Of a DNA stretch of 44,492 nt, positions 6,537 through 16,666 are shown piece after piece (the first letter of the stretch is position 1; each line of letters opens with the position of its first letter). The position numbers and the translations under genes were made by a program. The notes beneath the pieces were generated by a model. It was not told the origin of the DNA. It did no database searches and saw only the letters and a program-made list of their open reading frames with translations. The stretch is taken from the IMG/VR virus record IMGVR_UViG_3300033480_000005, positions 1 to 44,492 of that record, one strand, 5' to 3'. The DNA comes from a virus (lineage: Duplodnaviria; Caudoviricetes).

Positions 6537-6540
6537 AGAT

Positions 6541-6879
6541 ATGCTTGCAGCCTACAACTGGACCGTCGCAAAAATTTTGCTGGCCGTGGTGCTCACAAGC
6601 ATCTTACTCGGGTTTGCCGGCGTCGCGGCAGTGTCGGGGTACATATGCTGGATGTATCAATCCAGGGAATCAAAGAATAGCAGGGCTGTAACCACCTCAC
6701 AGACTGACCTTCTTCCATCTGGGAGGCCAAAAGGGTATTGGGATAAGTTTATTCGTCCGAGCACTTCCCCGACTTCGCCATCTTCTTCAAAGCGGCCATC
6801 TTCCCCTTCTTCTTCGCCTTCCTCATGGGGAGATCTTCCTGATCCGGATATTCATTCGCCCAACGATCAGCGATCTTAG
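6541..6879 (+). CDS. Putative membrane protein with Ser/Pro-rich tail
   Basis: Hydrophobic ILLAVVLTSILLGFAGVAAVSGYICW segment; the tail is antisense to 6749-6928. Confidence 0.5.
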   Translation: MLAAYNWTVAKILLAVVLTSILLGFAGVAAVSGYICWMYQSRESKNSRAVTTSQTDLLPSGRPKGYWDKFIRPSTSPTSPSSSKRPSSPSSSPSSWGDLPDPDIHSPNDQRS

Positions 6880-6928
6880 GATGCTTCATCCACATGAATC
6901 GGCGTTGCTTTTCAGACTGAAAGGGCAT
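6749..6928 (-). CDS. 59-aa basic phage protein (MPFQSEKQRRFMWMKHPKIADRW...)
   Basis: Not in ORF track; MPFxSxxQRR..HP.IA..W is a recurrent phage morphogenesis-region motif; TAATG coupling to the upstream gene. Confidence 0.8.
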   Translation of the reverse strand: MPFQSEKQRRFMWMKHPKIADRWANEYPDQEDLPMRKAKKKGKMAALKKMAKSGKCSDE

Positions 6929-8529
6929 TACTGATTTCCTCCTGCAAGAATTGCCCGCATGACCTGATTGGGAATTACCCTTTTGGCATACGGTGCTCCT
7001 GCGATCCGAATTCCCTTGGGCGCTGAATGCTGCAAGACTGCTTCAGCGACTCTACCAGCGACATCTGCGGCCCGGGTACCAGCTCCTATCGTCCCTCCCC
7101 ATCCTAATCCAAGCCACTTGCGTAGCTCTCGTCCTCCTACTCCAGTGAAATACCGATCCATTTCATTTGAGAATTTCGTACCCTTGGCTCGTTCCCCTTG
7201 CGCGATATCTCGTTCGAGTCGGCGACGAATGAGCGTTTCCTTATAGGGGCGAATCTTCTCGATGGGTTCCGCGATGGCGTTCATGATCGCGTTTGATGCG
7301 ACTTTCGCATCAGTGCTCGTCCCCTGTCCTGCAATCAGGTTTGCCGTCGCCTTCTGTTCAGCGTCAGACAGCACCTTTAGGTTTTCGCGCATCCATTCGC
7401 CCGTTCGTTTCGCGAGACTTTTGGCGATGTCATCAACTTCTTGTGCCGTCTTGCCCATGGCGAGCCCTTGGAGATAGCGATCGGCGTTCGCCATGGATTC
7501 GCTTCCGATTACATTCCGGAAGCCGTGCCCAAGTTCCTCCTGCCAGATTTTCCTTAGTCCCGGCACGTACTGGAGGTTCGCAGCCTTCACGCCGAAGGCG
7601 GGATGGACCACATCCGAGATCATGCGGAAGGCTGGCGTTTCCGTGCTGGAAAAAGCACGTTCGATATTCTCGGGTGTGGCTCTTTCAGCTTGCCGAATCC
7701 AACCTTCCCCGGCAACCTTGGGCGCTATCCGTTCCGCAGCTTGCGGGGGCAATCTCATGGCGACTTCGGTACCCGAGACCACACTTGAGGTTTCAGGCAT
7801 AGCCGCGAGTCGTGCCTTTGCGAGATCTTCGGCAGCCACCTTAACGGCATTGGAAGCCTCACGCGCCGCGATTTCCTTGTCTGATCCGGTGATTGCTCGT
7901 TCCAGGGCGTAAGGCATTCTCAGCGGGTTGGCCGTACCTAATTTTTTAAATATCGGTTTTGCCGCCGAGGCAACCCCTCGCAATGCACCTTCCGAAATCC
8001 CTCCTAGAGCCGTTTCAACTCCGATATCGCGTAATGCCTCGCCTCCAGTCTGCTTGAATCCAAGTAGTCTACCAAGGCCTTGTTTTGCTGATTCTGCCAG
8101 ACCACTACCGAGAGCCGCGCCACCAGCTCCAGCTGCAACAGCCCCAGGTCCAGTAGCCAATGCCGCCCCACCGGCCATAGTTCCACCAACGCCAGCGGCT
8201 ACTCCCTTACCGATGTCTGTTCCTATGTCCGTGATATCCTTCCAGTCGAAACCGGTGGGATCGAGCTTACGCCATACCTTTTCCCCAGGTCGACGAACAT
8301 TGAAGTCGTAATCCGCGCCGAGTTCCTTAACCTCGAATCCCTTTTCACGAAGATATTGCGCTGCGGCCCGTGAATTGGGAGCAAGGTTCATGACGTAGGT
8401 GCGCGGGACTTCGGGATGCTGTTCGTCGACAACGTTAGCATTTTCCTTCCTAGCATATTTGGACCAAGTGTCATCCTGAGGAACAGAAGATGCTTCCGAA
8501 CGAATATATGAATCCCATTTATCAGGCAT
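6928..8529 (-). CDS. Probable DNA-ejection / internal virion protein
   Basis: Last large gene of the structural operon; Gly/Ala-rich hydrophobic stretch (GVAAGVGGTMAGGAALATGPGAVAAG). Confidence 0.65.
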   Translation of the reverse strand: MPDKWDSYIRSEASSVPQDDTWSKYARKENANVVDEQHPEVPRTYVMNLAPNSRAAAQYLREKGFEVKELGADYDFNVRRPGEKVWRKLDPTGFDWKDITDIGTDIGKGVAAGVGGTMAGGAALATGPGAVAAGAGGAALGSGLAESAKQGLGRLLGFKQTGGEALRDIGVETALGGISEGALRGVASAAKPIFKKLGTANPLRMPYALERAITGSDKEIAAREASNAVKVAAEDLAKARLAAMPETSSVVSGTEVAMRLPPQAAERIAPKVAGEGWIRQAERATPENIERAFSSTETPAFRMISDVVHPAFGVKAANLQYVPGLRKIWQEELGHGFRNVIGSESMANADRYLQGLAMGKTAQEVDDIAKSLAKRTGEWMRENLKVLSDAEQKATANLIAGQGTSTDAKVASNAIMNAIAEPIEKIRPYKETLIRRRLERDIAQGERAKGTKFSNEMDRYFTGVGGRELRKWLGLGWGGTIGAGTRAADVAGRVAEAVLQHSAPKGIRIAGAPYAKRVIPNQVMRAILAGGNQ

Positions 8530-9791
8530 TAGCGCTCCTCGGTTGCATTGGGATGATCACGCAAAAAAGCCTGTACTTCATTCACGGGAATGTCGTAGAT
8601 CACACCATTCACAGAATAGGCTCTCGTATTTCCTGCCGATTCACCCTCATCCATGAGTGGGGCCACGTTATAGCCCATTTTCCCGTACATCTTGAGTACG
8701 CCATTCTTACGTGTCTTGACGATCTCCTCGAAGTTGTCGAGCAGGGCTTTGAATTGCTCCGGATCTTGCGCGATATTTGGTCCAGCCTGTCGCAATCGAT
8801 TGAACTCTTGATTGCTCACGGCGACACCCGAAATGCTTTGAACCTGCCGGGCCATGAGTTCCACGAGATTGGCATTGGTGACGGCCATGTTGGGTTCGGC
8901 AATTCCGACATTCACCAGGATGTTTTGGATGCGACCTTGAATCGGGCCGATCCCAGACTCAATCTCGGGAAGTTTGGATCGAATGCGATTGATGGCCGAA
9001 AGTGCATTATCTGCAAAAATCAATTGTTCCTGTCCCTTGGGTGGCAACCTGCCGGCCATCATGTCCGCTCGATCCTGGGACCGGAGTCGTTGTTCCTCCA
9101 GGAAGTTGCGATAGTCTTGATTGGTTGCCATCTGATCCCGTCGCAGTTCACGGTTCTCTTGCCCTTCCAACGCCTTCATCTGCATGCCGGCATTCCCGGT
9201 CATTGCCGCCCCGAGTCCGGAACCACTTTGAAGGTTGGGAACTGGTGGCGCACCGGTACGAATGGCCGATCCGGTGGTCAGAAGAAGTTTCATGGCATTT
9301 GACATGCCTTGTTCGCCGGCTTGCAGCCCTCGTCCCATACGATCGGCTTTAAGGATCTTCTGGAGTGTGTCCCGATAGCCGGTATCCCCCATCTCCGACT
9401 GCGGCCTATTCTGCGGCCTTTGGGGTGTTTGGGTAAGTTTGGGCAACGGTGATATTTCATCCGCATTGTAAGGCTTGAAGTCCGGCCCTGGAAATTGCTG
9501 AAATTGCTTGGCTTGTCTTGAAAATTCAGCATCCGGCAACGTATTTGATGTTGGCGTGAGCCAACCTTTCATCTGTTTCGGAATACCCTGGATGAGCACA
9601 TTGGGCGGAGTAGATTTGCCAGCATCCTCAATGGCATTTCGTGTGGCTTCATCCATCATGTCAGGAGGAGGATAGCCAGTATCTTCAATGGCATTCTGTC
9701 GGCGAATCTCGTCAGGCGTCAATTCCTGTCGAGCCATGGGAGGAATAGGTTGAGTGTTTGAAAACCTTCGAATGTACTCGTAGATGTCCAT
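8529..9791 (-). CDS. Probable DNA-ejection / internal virion protein
   Basis: Position; helical Q/E/R-rich sequence; ISGVAVSNQEFNRL resembles the SG.AVS..E..RL motif common in podovirus ejection proteins. Confidence 0.65.
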   Translation of the reverse strand: MDIYEYIRRFSNTQPIPPMARQELTPDEIRRQNAIEDTGYPPPDMMDEATRNAIEDAGKSTPPNVLIQGIPKQMKGWLTPTSNTLPDAEFSRQAKQFQQFPGPDFKPYNADEISPLPKLTQTPQRPQNRPQSEMGDTGYRDTLQKILKADRMGRGLQAGEQGMSNAMKLLLTTGSAIRTGAPPVPNLQSGSGLGAAMTGNAGMQMKALEGQENRELRRDQMATNQDYRNFLEEQRLRSQDRADMMAGRLPPKGQEQLIFADNALSAINRIRSKLPEIESGIGPIQGRIQNILVNVGIAEPNMAVTNANLVELMARQVQSISGVAVSNQEFNRLRQAGPNIAQDPEQFKALLDNFEEIVKTRKNGVLKMYGKMGYNVAPLMDEGESAGNTRAYSVNGVIYDIPVNEVQAFLRDHPNATEER

Positions 9792-9800
9792 GTTTACCTC

Positions 9801-10763
9801 TCAGAATCCGCCCAAAAGTCCGCCGCCGGAATAGGCTGAAAAGGCCGTATCGCCAAGACCACCGATTCCCTGTCCAATACCTGCAAGTGCATTGATCTTG
9901 CCTTGCCGTTCCGCATCCTTCGCCCATCCATATTGGTTATAGGCTCCGGACAATGCGCCAGCCTTGTTCATAGAATTTTGGAATTCCTGTTGGTTCATCT
10001 GGTTAGGATACTGTTGGTTGTAGACCTTGAACTGATTCGCCGTTTGCGTATTTTGGTTCGCGGTGTTTTGGGCATTTTGGGCATTCCAGAGGTTGGCTTG
10101 ATTTTGCGATTGAGCATTCTGGAGGCCTGTCTGCGCGGCGAGTTGTCGATTAGCCAGGTTGTACCGATTGATGATTTCGGCGGCCTGTCGCGAGGTGTCC
10201 ACGTCCTGGCCTCGAATCTCGCCGGCGAGGTTGCCTGACTGCATGATGGCGTTGAGCCGGTTCTGGATGGCCTGCTTTTGAAGGTCAGACCCCATTCCCC
10301 GGCCCAACTCCGCCGCTTGTTGGCCAGAGGCCAACCGGGCTCTTAGCTCGGATCCGCCCCCGAGCCTACCTCGTGCGGCAAGATCTTGTAACATAGACTC
10401 AGAGCCCCTATGCTGCTGCATCTGCATGGCATTCTGAGCCTCGATTGCCGCAAGTCGATCCGCCTCGCCTAAACCCTTATCCGCAATTTCCTGTAACTGC
10501 CCCAGGGCCTTGTATTGGGCTTGCTTCATTGCCGGCGTATCGACGAGGTTTTTAACCTCTTCCGGAGCCTCTTGCCGGTATATCTCAGGCTTGTATTGGG
10601 CGACAAGTTTCCATTGCTCGGGTGTGATCTTGGATTTGTCGAAATTGGGTTCTTGTACGGCCTTGATAACTTCAAGAGCCTTCTTGTATTCATCCATCCC
10701 ACCGCCGCCGATGAGAAGTCCGCCGATTCCAGCCCCAAGAGCCCCGAGTGATTCACCTATCAT
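9801..10763 (-). CDS. Probable DNA pilot/ejection protein
   Basis: Gly-rich hydrophobic N- and C-termini, Q/N/A-rich coiled coil, LAARGRLGGG motif. Confidence 0.7.
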   Translation of the reverse strand: MIGESLGALGAGIGGLLIGGGGMDEYKKALEVIKAVQEPNFDKSKITPEQWKLVAQYKPEIYRQEAPEEVKNLVDTPAMKQAQYKALGQLQEIADKGLGEADRLAAIEAQNAMQMQQHRGSESMLQDLAARGRLGGGSELRARLASGQQAAELGRGMGSDLQKQAIQNRLNAIMQSGNLAGEIRGQDVDTSRQAAEIINRYNLANRQLAAQTGLQNAQSQNQANLWNAQNAQNTANQNTQTANQFKVYNQQYPNQMNQQEFQNSMNKAGALSGAYNQYGWAKDAERQGKINALAGIGQGIGGLGDTAFSAYSGGGLLGGF

Positions 10764-10771
10764 TTTTCACC

Positions 10772-12532
10772 TCATGCCGGCTTATTGCCGCCCAAAGTCG
10801 TTTTATTAACCTTCTTCTTCTTGTTCGCTTCGATTGCACCGGAGACCATGAAAGGCTCTACGCTACTCACGGCCATCTGGGGGTTGGTAAGGTTCCCCAT
10901 TAGGTCGCCAGTTGGCGTAGAACTTGAAATTGTCCTCGAAAGTTGGGAGGTCATTTTCCCGATGTCGAGTGGGTTGAAGGACCATTTATTTTTATCGTAT
11001 TCCCGTTCGGCCTTTTTGGCCTTGGACCACCAATCCTGGACGGCCTCAGTCGGAAGGTCATTCCATAACTGTTGTCGTGCAGCCTCATCGGCAAGATACT
11101 TCTCTGTGTCGAGGTTCAAGGTTGGATCTCGATAGGGGTCGAGTTGCGTCATCCCTATCTGGTCGAGTAGTTGCGCAATGCGGTTGTATTGGGCGACCTC
11201 CTCGTCCGTAGCGACATTGGCTGCATTTGGTGCAATTCCGGGGTCGACCGTGGCATAAGGAGACAGGGAAGCCATCTCATAGGTGGCGGGCAACGTGTCT
11301 GCGGTATTGGTGTCACCCGCGCCGTAGAGTGGCATGTAAGACGAGTATTTCCCTTCAGTCCTAGGGTTGAAAAGGGCTTCCAAGGCGTCTTGCCGTGCAA
11401 GCATGAGCTGTCGTTGCGCCTTCGTGGACCCCGGATGCGCCTTCATCCACTTGCTCCAGCCGCCTTCAGGCTCACGAACCGGAGTTCCATGGGGCGATTG
11501 GGTGAGTTGAAGCAATTCCAGATCCTTGATAGGCGCGTACTTGGGATCATTCATAATCGTATCCCAAGCGTTTTTGGCCTCAGTCATGCCCTTTTGGATG
11601 TCCGAGCCGGTGATTGCCTCAATACCAGGGGCCACCTCTGCACTAGGAAGTTGGCCCGATGCCGTGAGTTGTGCCAATGCGTCTTCAACGGCCTTCTTCT
11701 TGGTCTCGTAGTTCGTCCCGGTTACCCGCTCGTTCCAGGTGCCTTCTATGCCGGTTTGGGTGGCCTTTGTCCATTCCTTGGCCGCCTTTTGGATATCCGA
11801 CTCCTCTTGCGCTCTCTGCTTGGCAAATGCCTCGGTCTCAGTTCCTTGGGCCTTAGCCCAGTCTGAAGCCTCCTTGGCCTGCGCCTGGAGTGGGGTCAAT
11901 TGAGATACCCACCCGGCATCCCTTGCAAGCTGTGCGGCGTCATAGCGGGCCTTCCCTGGCGTCTGGGACGGGTCTACTGCCTGGACATAGCCGGCTAGCT
12001 CTTTGCCCGCCCTAAGGGCCTGGGAACGGCCGTAGAGGTCTTCTATTGCCTGTTGGGACTTGGCGTATTCCTGCGCGTCAAGTGCCTGCGGGCCGGTGTA
12101 GGTCGTCCCGAGCAGGTTTTTGGCCTCGTCCAAACCAGTACCCGTTTGGACAGCCTGCCCGAAGAGGTTAGCCCCACCCATGCTTTCCCAAGTACGGGAA
12201 GGCCCGGCTTGCTCCTGGAAGGCATCCCGTAACCCCTGAATATTCTGCCGCTCGGTGGTCGTACCCGTCTTGATGGGGTTCAGCAGTTTTTCTTGTAGCG
12301 TCCCACCCGTTTGTTCATAGGCAGAAGTGACGGGGGCCGCGGTTGTCTGGTCAGCCTCAGCCCCCGTCTGGGGGGAAGATTGGGTGGACGGTCCTTGTTC
12401 ATAGCCGGTTACCGAAGGGGCCTGCGATAGCTGGACGATATTCGAGGTGGGCTCTGGACCCATCCCCGTCAGGTAATCTTGATTCTGCTCGAATGGCGTC
12501 TTACCTTGTGCAGCAGAGGCATCCCATACCAT
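10772..12532 (-). CDS. Probable internal virion protein
   Basis: 586 aa, A/Q/T-rich and helical; lies between nozzle and pilot genes. Confidence 0.6.
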   Translation of the reverse strand: MVWDASAAQGKTPFEQNQDYLTGMGPEPTSNIVQLSQAPSVTGYEQGPSTQSSPQTGAEADQTTAAPVTSAYEQTGGTLQEKLLNPIKTGTTTERQNIQGLRDAFQEQAGPSRTWESMGGANLFGQAVQTGTGLDEAKNLLGTTYTGPQALDAQEYAKSQQAIEDLYGRSQALRAGKELAGYVQAVDPSQTPGKARYDAAQLARDAGWVSQLTPLQAQAKEASDWAKAQGTETEAFAKQRAQEESDIQKAAKEWTKATQTGIEGTWNERVTGTNYETKKKAVEDALAQLTASGQLPSAEVAPGIEAITGSDIQKGMTEAKNAWDTIMNDPKYAPIKDLELLQLTQSPHGTPVREPEGGWSKWMKAHPGSTKAQRQLMLARQDALEALFNPRTEGKYSSYMPLYGAGDTNTADTLPATYEMASLSPYATVDPGIAPNAANVATDEEVAQYNRIAQLLDQIGMTQLDPYRDPTLNLDTEKYLADEAARQQLWNDLPTEAVQDWWSKAKKAEREYDKNKWSFNPLDIGKMTSQLSRTISSSTPTGDLMGNLTNPQMAVSSVEPFMVSGAIEANKKKKVNKTTLGGNKPA

Positions 12533-12534
12533 TT

Positions 12535-12903
12535 TCAGGCTCCAAACACCGTTAGGTTTACCGTTGCACCGACCACGGAGATATCCGCCCAGTTAACGGT
12601 AATTGCAATCGTGGTCTCATCGATGACTCGCCAACAAGTAGACCAAGGGGAGTAGGCTGAAGTCCAATCGATGATTACTTTTTTGGCCTTACCACGGATA
12701 TTGGTCTTTATTACTTTTTCCAACCCATGATTCGTGACGTAACTGATCTCAGCCGCATTCATGTTCTCGCGGAAGTTGGTGTTTCCCTGAAGGCATTGAG
12801 TGAGTTCATCAATCTGGCCTGATAGGGACTCGATATGCGGCCTTATCGCCGATGGGATCTTGCCCAACTCGTCCGTAGGTCTTTTGAAGTCAGATGGTCT
12901 CAT
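12535..12903 (-). CDS. Small tail-associated protein
   Basis: Coupled to the nozzle gene; N-terminal helix plus a beta-rich HGL...domain. Confidence 0.6.
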   Translation of the reverse strand: MRPSDFKRPTDELGKIPSAIRPHIESLSGQIDELTQCLQGNTNFRENMNAAEISYVTNHGLEKVIKTNIRGKAKKVIIDWTSAYSPWSTCWRVIDETTIAITVNWADISVVGATVNLTVFGA

Positions 12904-15446
12904 CTCGGTAATTTCGTCGTGATGTCAGTCAAAGGTCTATACGTCAATGCCATACTGATTAAAGCGAAATGCTCTCGTGCATATGCATGCTTGTAGAGCA
13001 ATGAAAGAGCGGCACACTTACGATAGTTGGTCGGAACCGAGTTGCGAAGCATGGCCTGAATCGAAGGGTCATCATCCCCCCAACCACCTTCGCCGTATAA
13101 TCCAAGACCCCAGCCACGATCGGCCTCCTGCCGGACTGAATGGTAAAGCACATCCGATAGGTGATTATTGGCGAATCCAATTCCGTGATGGAATCCTACC
13201 TGATGATGCAGTGCTCCATCATCCTCGAACATGAATTGGTATGAGGTGAAGTCCTTGATGACGTGCGGATTGTTCGCCGTCTGCGGTCGCCACCGGAGAA
13301 TCGACGTAATCGGCATTTCAGCCGTAGCCGCCCCATTGACGAGGCCGGGTATGTTCTCCGATAGAGTTACGGTGTAAGATCCCCCACCGTTATTTACGCA
13401 GGTCTCTACGCATGCGGCATCCGATCCCTGGACAATGACCCATCCCACGCCGAAAGTCGCTAGCGCGTAGGAATAGGCCACCGTCGCCTGACTCACCGTA
13501 TATCCATCGGCATCGGTGGTCGTCGTGACGCCAGAAAGCGTAACGGCAATGGATTCGTCGGAATAATCGTTGAAGCTGGTTACGTAGCTTTTTCGTTCCT
13601 TGAGGACGTAATACTCATCGGCTTTGGCCAAGTAGAGTTTATCTTCCGTCCTCATGAGGTGAGTGCAACCGATGTTCTTCCTCCAAGGTCCGGACCATTG
13701 GCCGCCTTCAATCAGGAAGTTGTAGACCCATCCCACCGTTGCATAGGTGTCTATGGAGGATTCAGGTGCCCAAAGGATGTACAAACGTTCCGATGGGTAA
13801 TGCGTGGCATGACAAATGGTCTGGAAATTTGGAGTGGCAAAAATCTCTTTAATGGTGTTGTCCACTTGGAAGCTGATAATCGCGACGCCGTTCTCATCTA
13901 CCCGGACAACGCCTTGATCCGAAAGGCCCACCGCCTGATTGTTCAAGACACCCCAACTATCCGGAGCAAAACATCGGATGGTCGGGTCCATAGGCTTGAT
14001 TGAGAAATTGTCGATCGTATCTCCGGATAGCCGGTAGATTCCTACCTCCTTGACGATGATGACCGAGTCTTGAAGAGGAATCACCCGCATGATCGCGGAG
14101 TTCTGACTTCCAACATCATCGTAGTTATTCCACGGAACTGCGTCGGGTTGATCCACCCTGGATTCACATAGTCGATTCGGATTCTCGTCAGCCTTGCTTT
14201 GAACCGTGGTTCCGCTGGTGGGTAGAACCGGAGTGAAACATGCGCCACATCCGGCATCATTCGCCGTAACGGCAAACTGCGCCGTTGCCAACGTGCGTCC
14301 CCAAATGGTGAAATGGCCCGGCTCCTCATTTACGTCATAGAAATACGTGGCGTAATAGGAAGACGAGGCAAGATTGATGATCTTACAAAGGGATTGTGTC
14401 GTGTCCTCGACGTTGTCGGCAGCCGTGCCACCTGTGAACAACTGGAATTTCTTGTTTGCTACGCTTTCCGCGGTGCTCGCCGTGTAGGTCTCCGAGCCGA
14501 TTGTGATTGAATCCGTATCCGCTACGATTCCAGTCAATGAAATAAGGTGAAGGTCTAATATCTGCTCGCGTTTGGTCGCACCGTAAAGAGTGATCCCCTT
14601 GAAGGTGCAAAGATCCACGGCATAAGGAGGAGGATCATTCCCTTGGTCGATTGTATTCTCGTTAGGATTCGAATAGAGATTAGAACCATCAACTATCGAT
14701 AGGTTGTCGGCGAATGAGATATACCCGTTGGTGATGTCCCCGGCGACAACCCCCACCTCTTGCACGAGGTAGCATGAGTCCCCCACATCGACGGCCAAGG
14801 CGGCATAATCGGTACGATATATGCGGTAGTAATCTCCGGCCTGAATCCCATCAGGAATCGAAGAGGTTAGGTCGATATCCTTCGCCACCGCCGCATCGCC
14901 GACGATGATGTAGAGGGGCGTCGGATAACTCTCTATCGGCCTGCCATTGGCATCCTTGATGAGCCATGTCAGACGATATCCCATGAACTTCGTTGCCGGC
15001 AGGACTGCTCCAGTCCCGGTGTGAAGGGCCAATGTGAGGTCCAGACCACGAGGACATCCCGCAGGTCTCACCGTCCCAGGAAGCGCATCGAGCCGTTGTA
15101 TTCCAGTCGTAGTAGGGAAGTAGAGGCATTTTTGCTCCTCCATGAATCGCATCCGATGACCAGTCGGAGGAGAGGCGGAATACGATAACGTGGTCAGGGT
15201 TCCAGCCACGTCATACTTGAGCGCGGTTCCATCCAATGCGATGAGCGTGTCGTTATATTCCCCGAGTGCCACAACGGTACTTGTACTCGTGGCATACCGA
15301 TTCATCCCCCGGCGGTTCTCGGCAATGCCCGGCCTGTTTGCGACGGAATTTTCCATCACCTCCAAAGAGCCTTCGGGATCGGTGATGGGATTGGAGTTGG
15401 TCCCGAGCCCGTTAATCTTGCTGGAGATGATCTGTAGTTTGCCCAT
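12900..15446 (-). CDS. Tail nozzle / packaged-DNA stabilization protein (P22 gp10 / T7 gp12-like)
   Basis: GL.T.......PEG....MEN....RPG....RRG N-terminus; beta-propeller-like composition; follows the adaptor; start moved to ATG 15446 (TGATG overlap). Confidence 0.75.
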   Translation of the reverse strand: MGKLQIISSKINGLGTNSNPITDPEGSLEVMENSVANRPGIAENRRGMNRYATSTSTVVALGEYNDTLIALDGTALKYDVAGTLTTLSYSASPPTGHRMRFMEEQKCLYFPTTTGIQRLDALPGTVRPAGCPRGLDLTLALHTGTGAVLPATKFMGYRLTWLIKDANGRPIESYPTPLYIIVGDAAVAKDIDLTSSIPDGIQAGDYYRIYRTDYAALAVDVGDSCYLVQEVGVVAGDITNGYISFADNLSIVDGSNLYSNPNENTIDQGNDPPPYAVDLCTFKGITLYGATKREQILDLHLISLTGIVADTDSITIGSETYTASTAESVANKKFQLFTGGTAADNVEDTTQSLCKIINLASSSYYATYFYDVNEEPGHFTIWGRTLATAQFAVTANDAGCGACFTPVLPTSGTTVQSKADENPNRLCESRVDQPDAVPWNNYDDVGSQNSAIMRVIPLQDSVIIVKEVGIYRLSGDTIDNFSIKPMDPTIRCFAPDSWGVLNNQAVGLSDQGVVRVDENGVAIISFQVDNTIKEIFATPNFQTICHATHYPSERLYILWAPESSIDTYATVGWVYNFLIEGGQWSGPWRKNIGCTHLMRTEDKLYLAKADEYYVLKERKSYVTSFNDYSDESIAVTLSGVTTTTDADGYTVSQATVAYSYALATFGVGWVIVQGSDAACVETCVNNGGGSYTVTLSENIPGLVNGAATAEMPITSILRWRPQTANNPHVIKDFTSYQFMFEDDGALHHQVGFHHGIGFANNHLSDVLYHSVRQEADRGWGLGLYGEGGWGDDDPSIQAMLRNSVPTNYRKCAALSLLYKHAYAREHFALISMALTYRPLTDITTKLPR

Positions 15447-16414
15447 CAGTAGCTCATACCCTTGCCGTAGATCGTTCTCCGAATTCCAGCCATGACATGG
15501 GGTGAGTTCCAAACGGAGACCGTGACATTTTCGCTTTCGTCACGTTTCGAGAAAAGCGTGTATTGCCTTTGGAACATGGCTTGTAGTTCCGCATTAGATA
15601 TGGTGAACCGTTCGGGGTCCGTGCTCTCGAGGAGTCGGCATACGGTAGCCTGCGCAAGAACGGGGTGGAGTTCACGAGGGAGACCCGGAAGGGCGCAAGT
15701 CTCAGAAACGCACACCCAATCTCCTACCTCCACCGGCAATCGTCCGATTGTGGTCCCGTTGAGGTCCGCGGCGGTGAATGTCATGTCATCACCAGACGCC
15801 ACACTGGCCGTGATATTCCACGCCTTGAGTTCAGCTCCGGAATACTGCGAATGGATGTCATAGGTCAATGAAGTCGTCCAGGTCGCGGGGAAATTAGAGG
15901 CAAGCACGATAGCGCCCGTCGCCGGCGTGTAGCTTGTTATCTGCCGGCAGGCAGTCGATAGGACGAGTTCACCTGGACGCAGGAAATAGATGATTTCCAA
16001 ATATCCGGAGAAAGAGCCATCCACCGGTAGCATCTGGATGTGATTGCCTTCAAAGGTGTAGCCGAGCGGCGTCCCATCCCCGGTAGATGTGTGGCAAGGT
16101 TGTTCCTCTAAAGGAATAGGGTAGAGGTTATGTTTCGTACCATCGGCCTCTACCCATAGAACATCCCTGATTCGATTGTGCATGGCTCGCACGGGTAGAC
16201 GATATTTCGTGGCGGTGGTAAGGGTCACTCGTTCCCTGGTGACGTAGAATTCCTCGCGGCACCTTTGGACAACCTCGTACATCGTGGTCAACGCCTCTTC
16301 GTTAATGACGTTGAGGATGTCCGAGTCGGAAGTGCCCGAGGAATCGGTATCATTGAAGCCGCCACGTTGCCGGACTACGGCAATTAGCTCCTCACCCGTG
16401 TAGAGTCGAGCCAT
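15446..16414 (-). CDS. Head-tail adaptor (tail tubular protein A-like)
   Basis: ELIAVVRQRG...SDSDILNVINE N-terminal helices, Y.LP, and LP.E.HP.L motif. Confidence 0.75.
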   Translation of the reverse strand: MARLYTGEELIAVVRQRGGFNDTDSSGTSDSDILNVINEEALTTMYEVVQRCREEFYVTRERVTLTTATKYRLPVRAMHNRIRDVLWVEADGTKHNLYPIPLEEQPCHTSTGDGTPLGYTFEGNHIQMLPVDGSFSGYLEIIYFLRPGELVLSTACRQITSYTPATGAIVLASNFPATWTTSLTYDIHSQYSGAELKAWNITASVASGDDMTFTAADLNGTTIGRLPVEVGDWVCVSETCALPGLPRELHPVLAQATVCRLLESTDPERFTISNAELQAMFQRQYTLFSKRDESENVTVSVWNSPHVMAGIRRTIYGKGMSY

Positions 16415-16420
16415 TTGCTT

Positions 16421-16666
16421 CTACCCCTTGTAGTCAAACGATCTATTTACATCCGCATGCAGATCGGTCATGACATTCGACAGACGTTCTATGGCCAACG
16501 TGATTCGTTCGTTGAATTGCGTTTGCTCTTTCGCAATTCCAGTTGCCATAGTTCCGCCCATCCAGAAGGCTCCGACAGCTAGCACCGCCGCCGGCAGTTG
16601 TCCCGCAATTTTGGAAATTACACCCATAAATCCTTGTTTGTCTCCCATTGGATTTCTCCTATGCAT
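16421..16666 (-). CDS. Small membrane protein (holin-like candidate)
   Basis: One hydrophobic helix followed by a coiled coil. Confidence 0.45.
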   Translation of the reverse strand: MHRRNPMGDKQGFMGVISKIAGQLPAAVLAVGAFWMGGTMATGIAKEQTQFNERITLAIERLSNVMTDLHADVNRSFDYKG

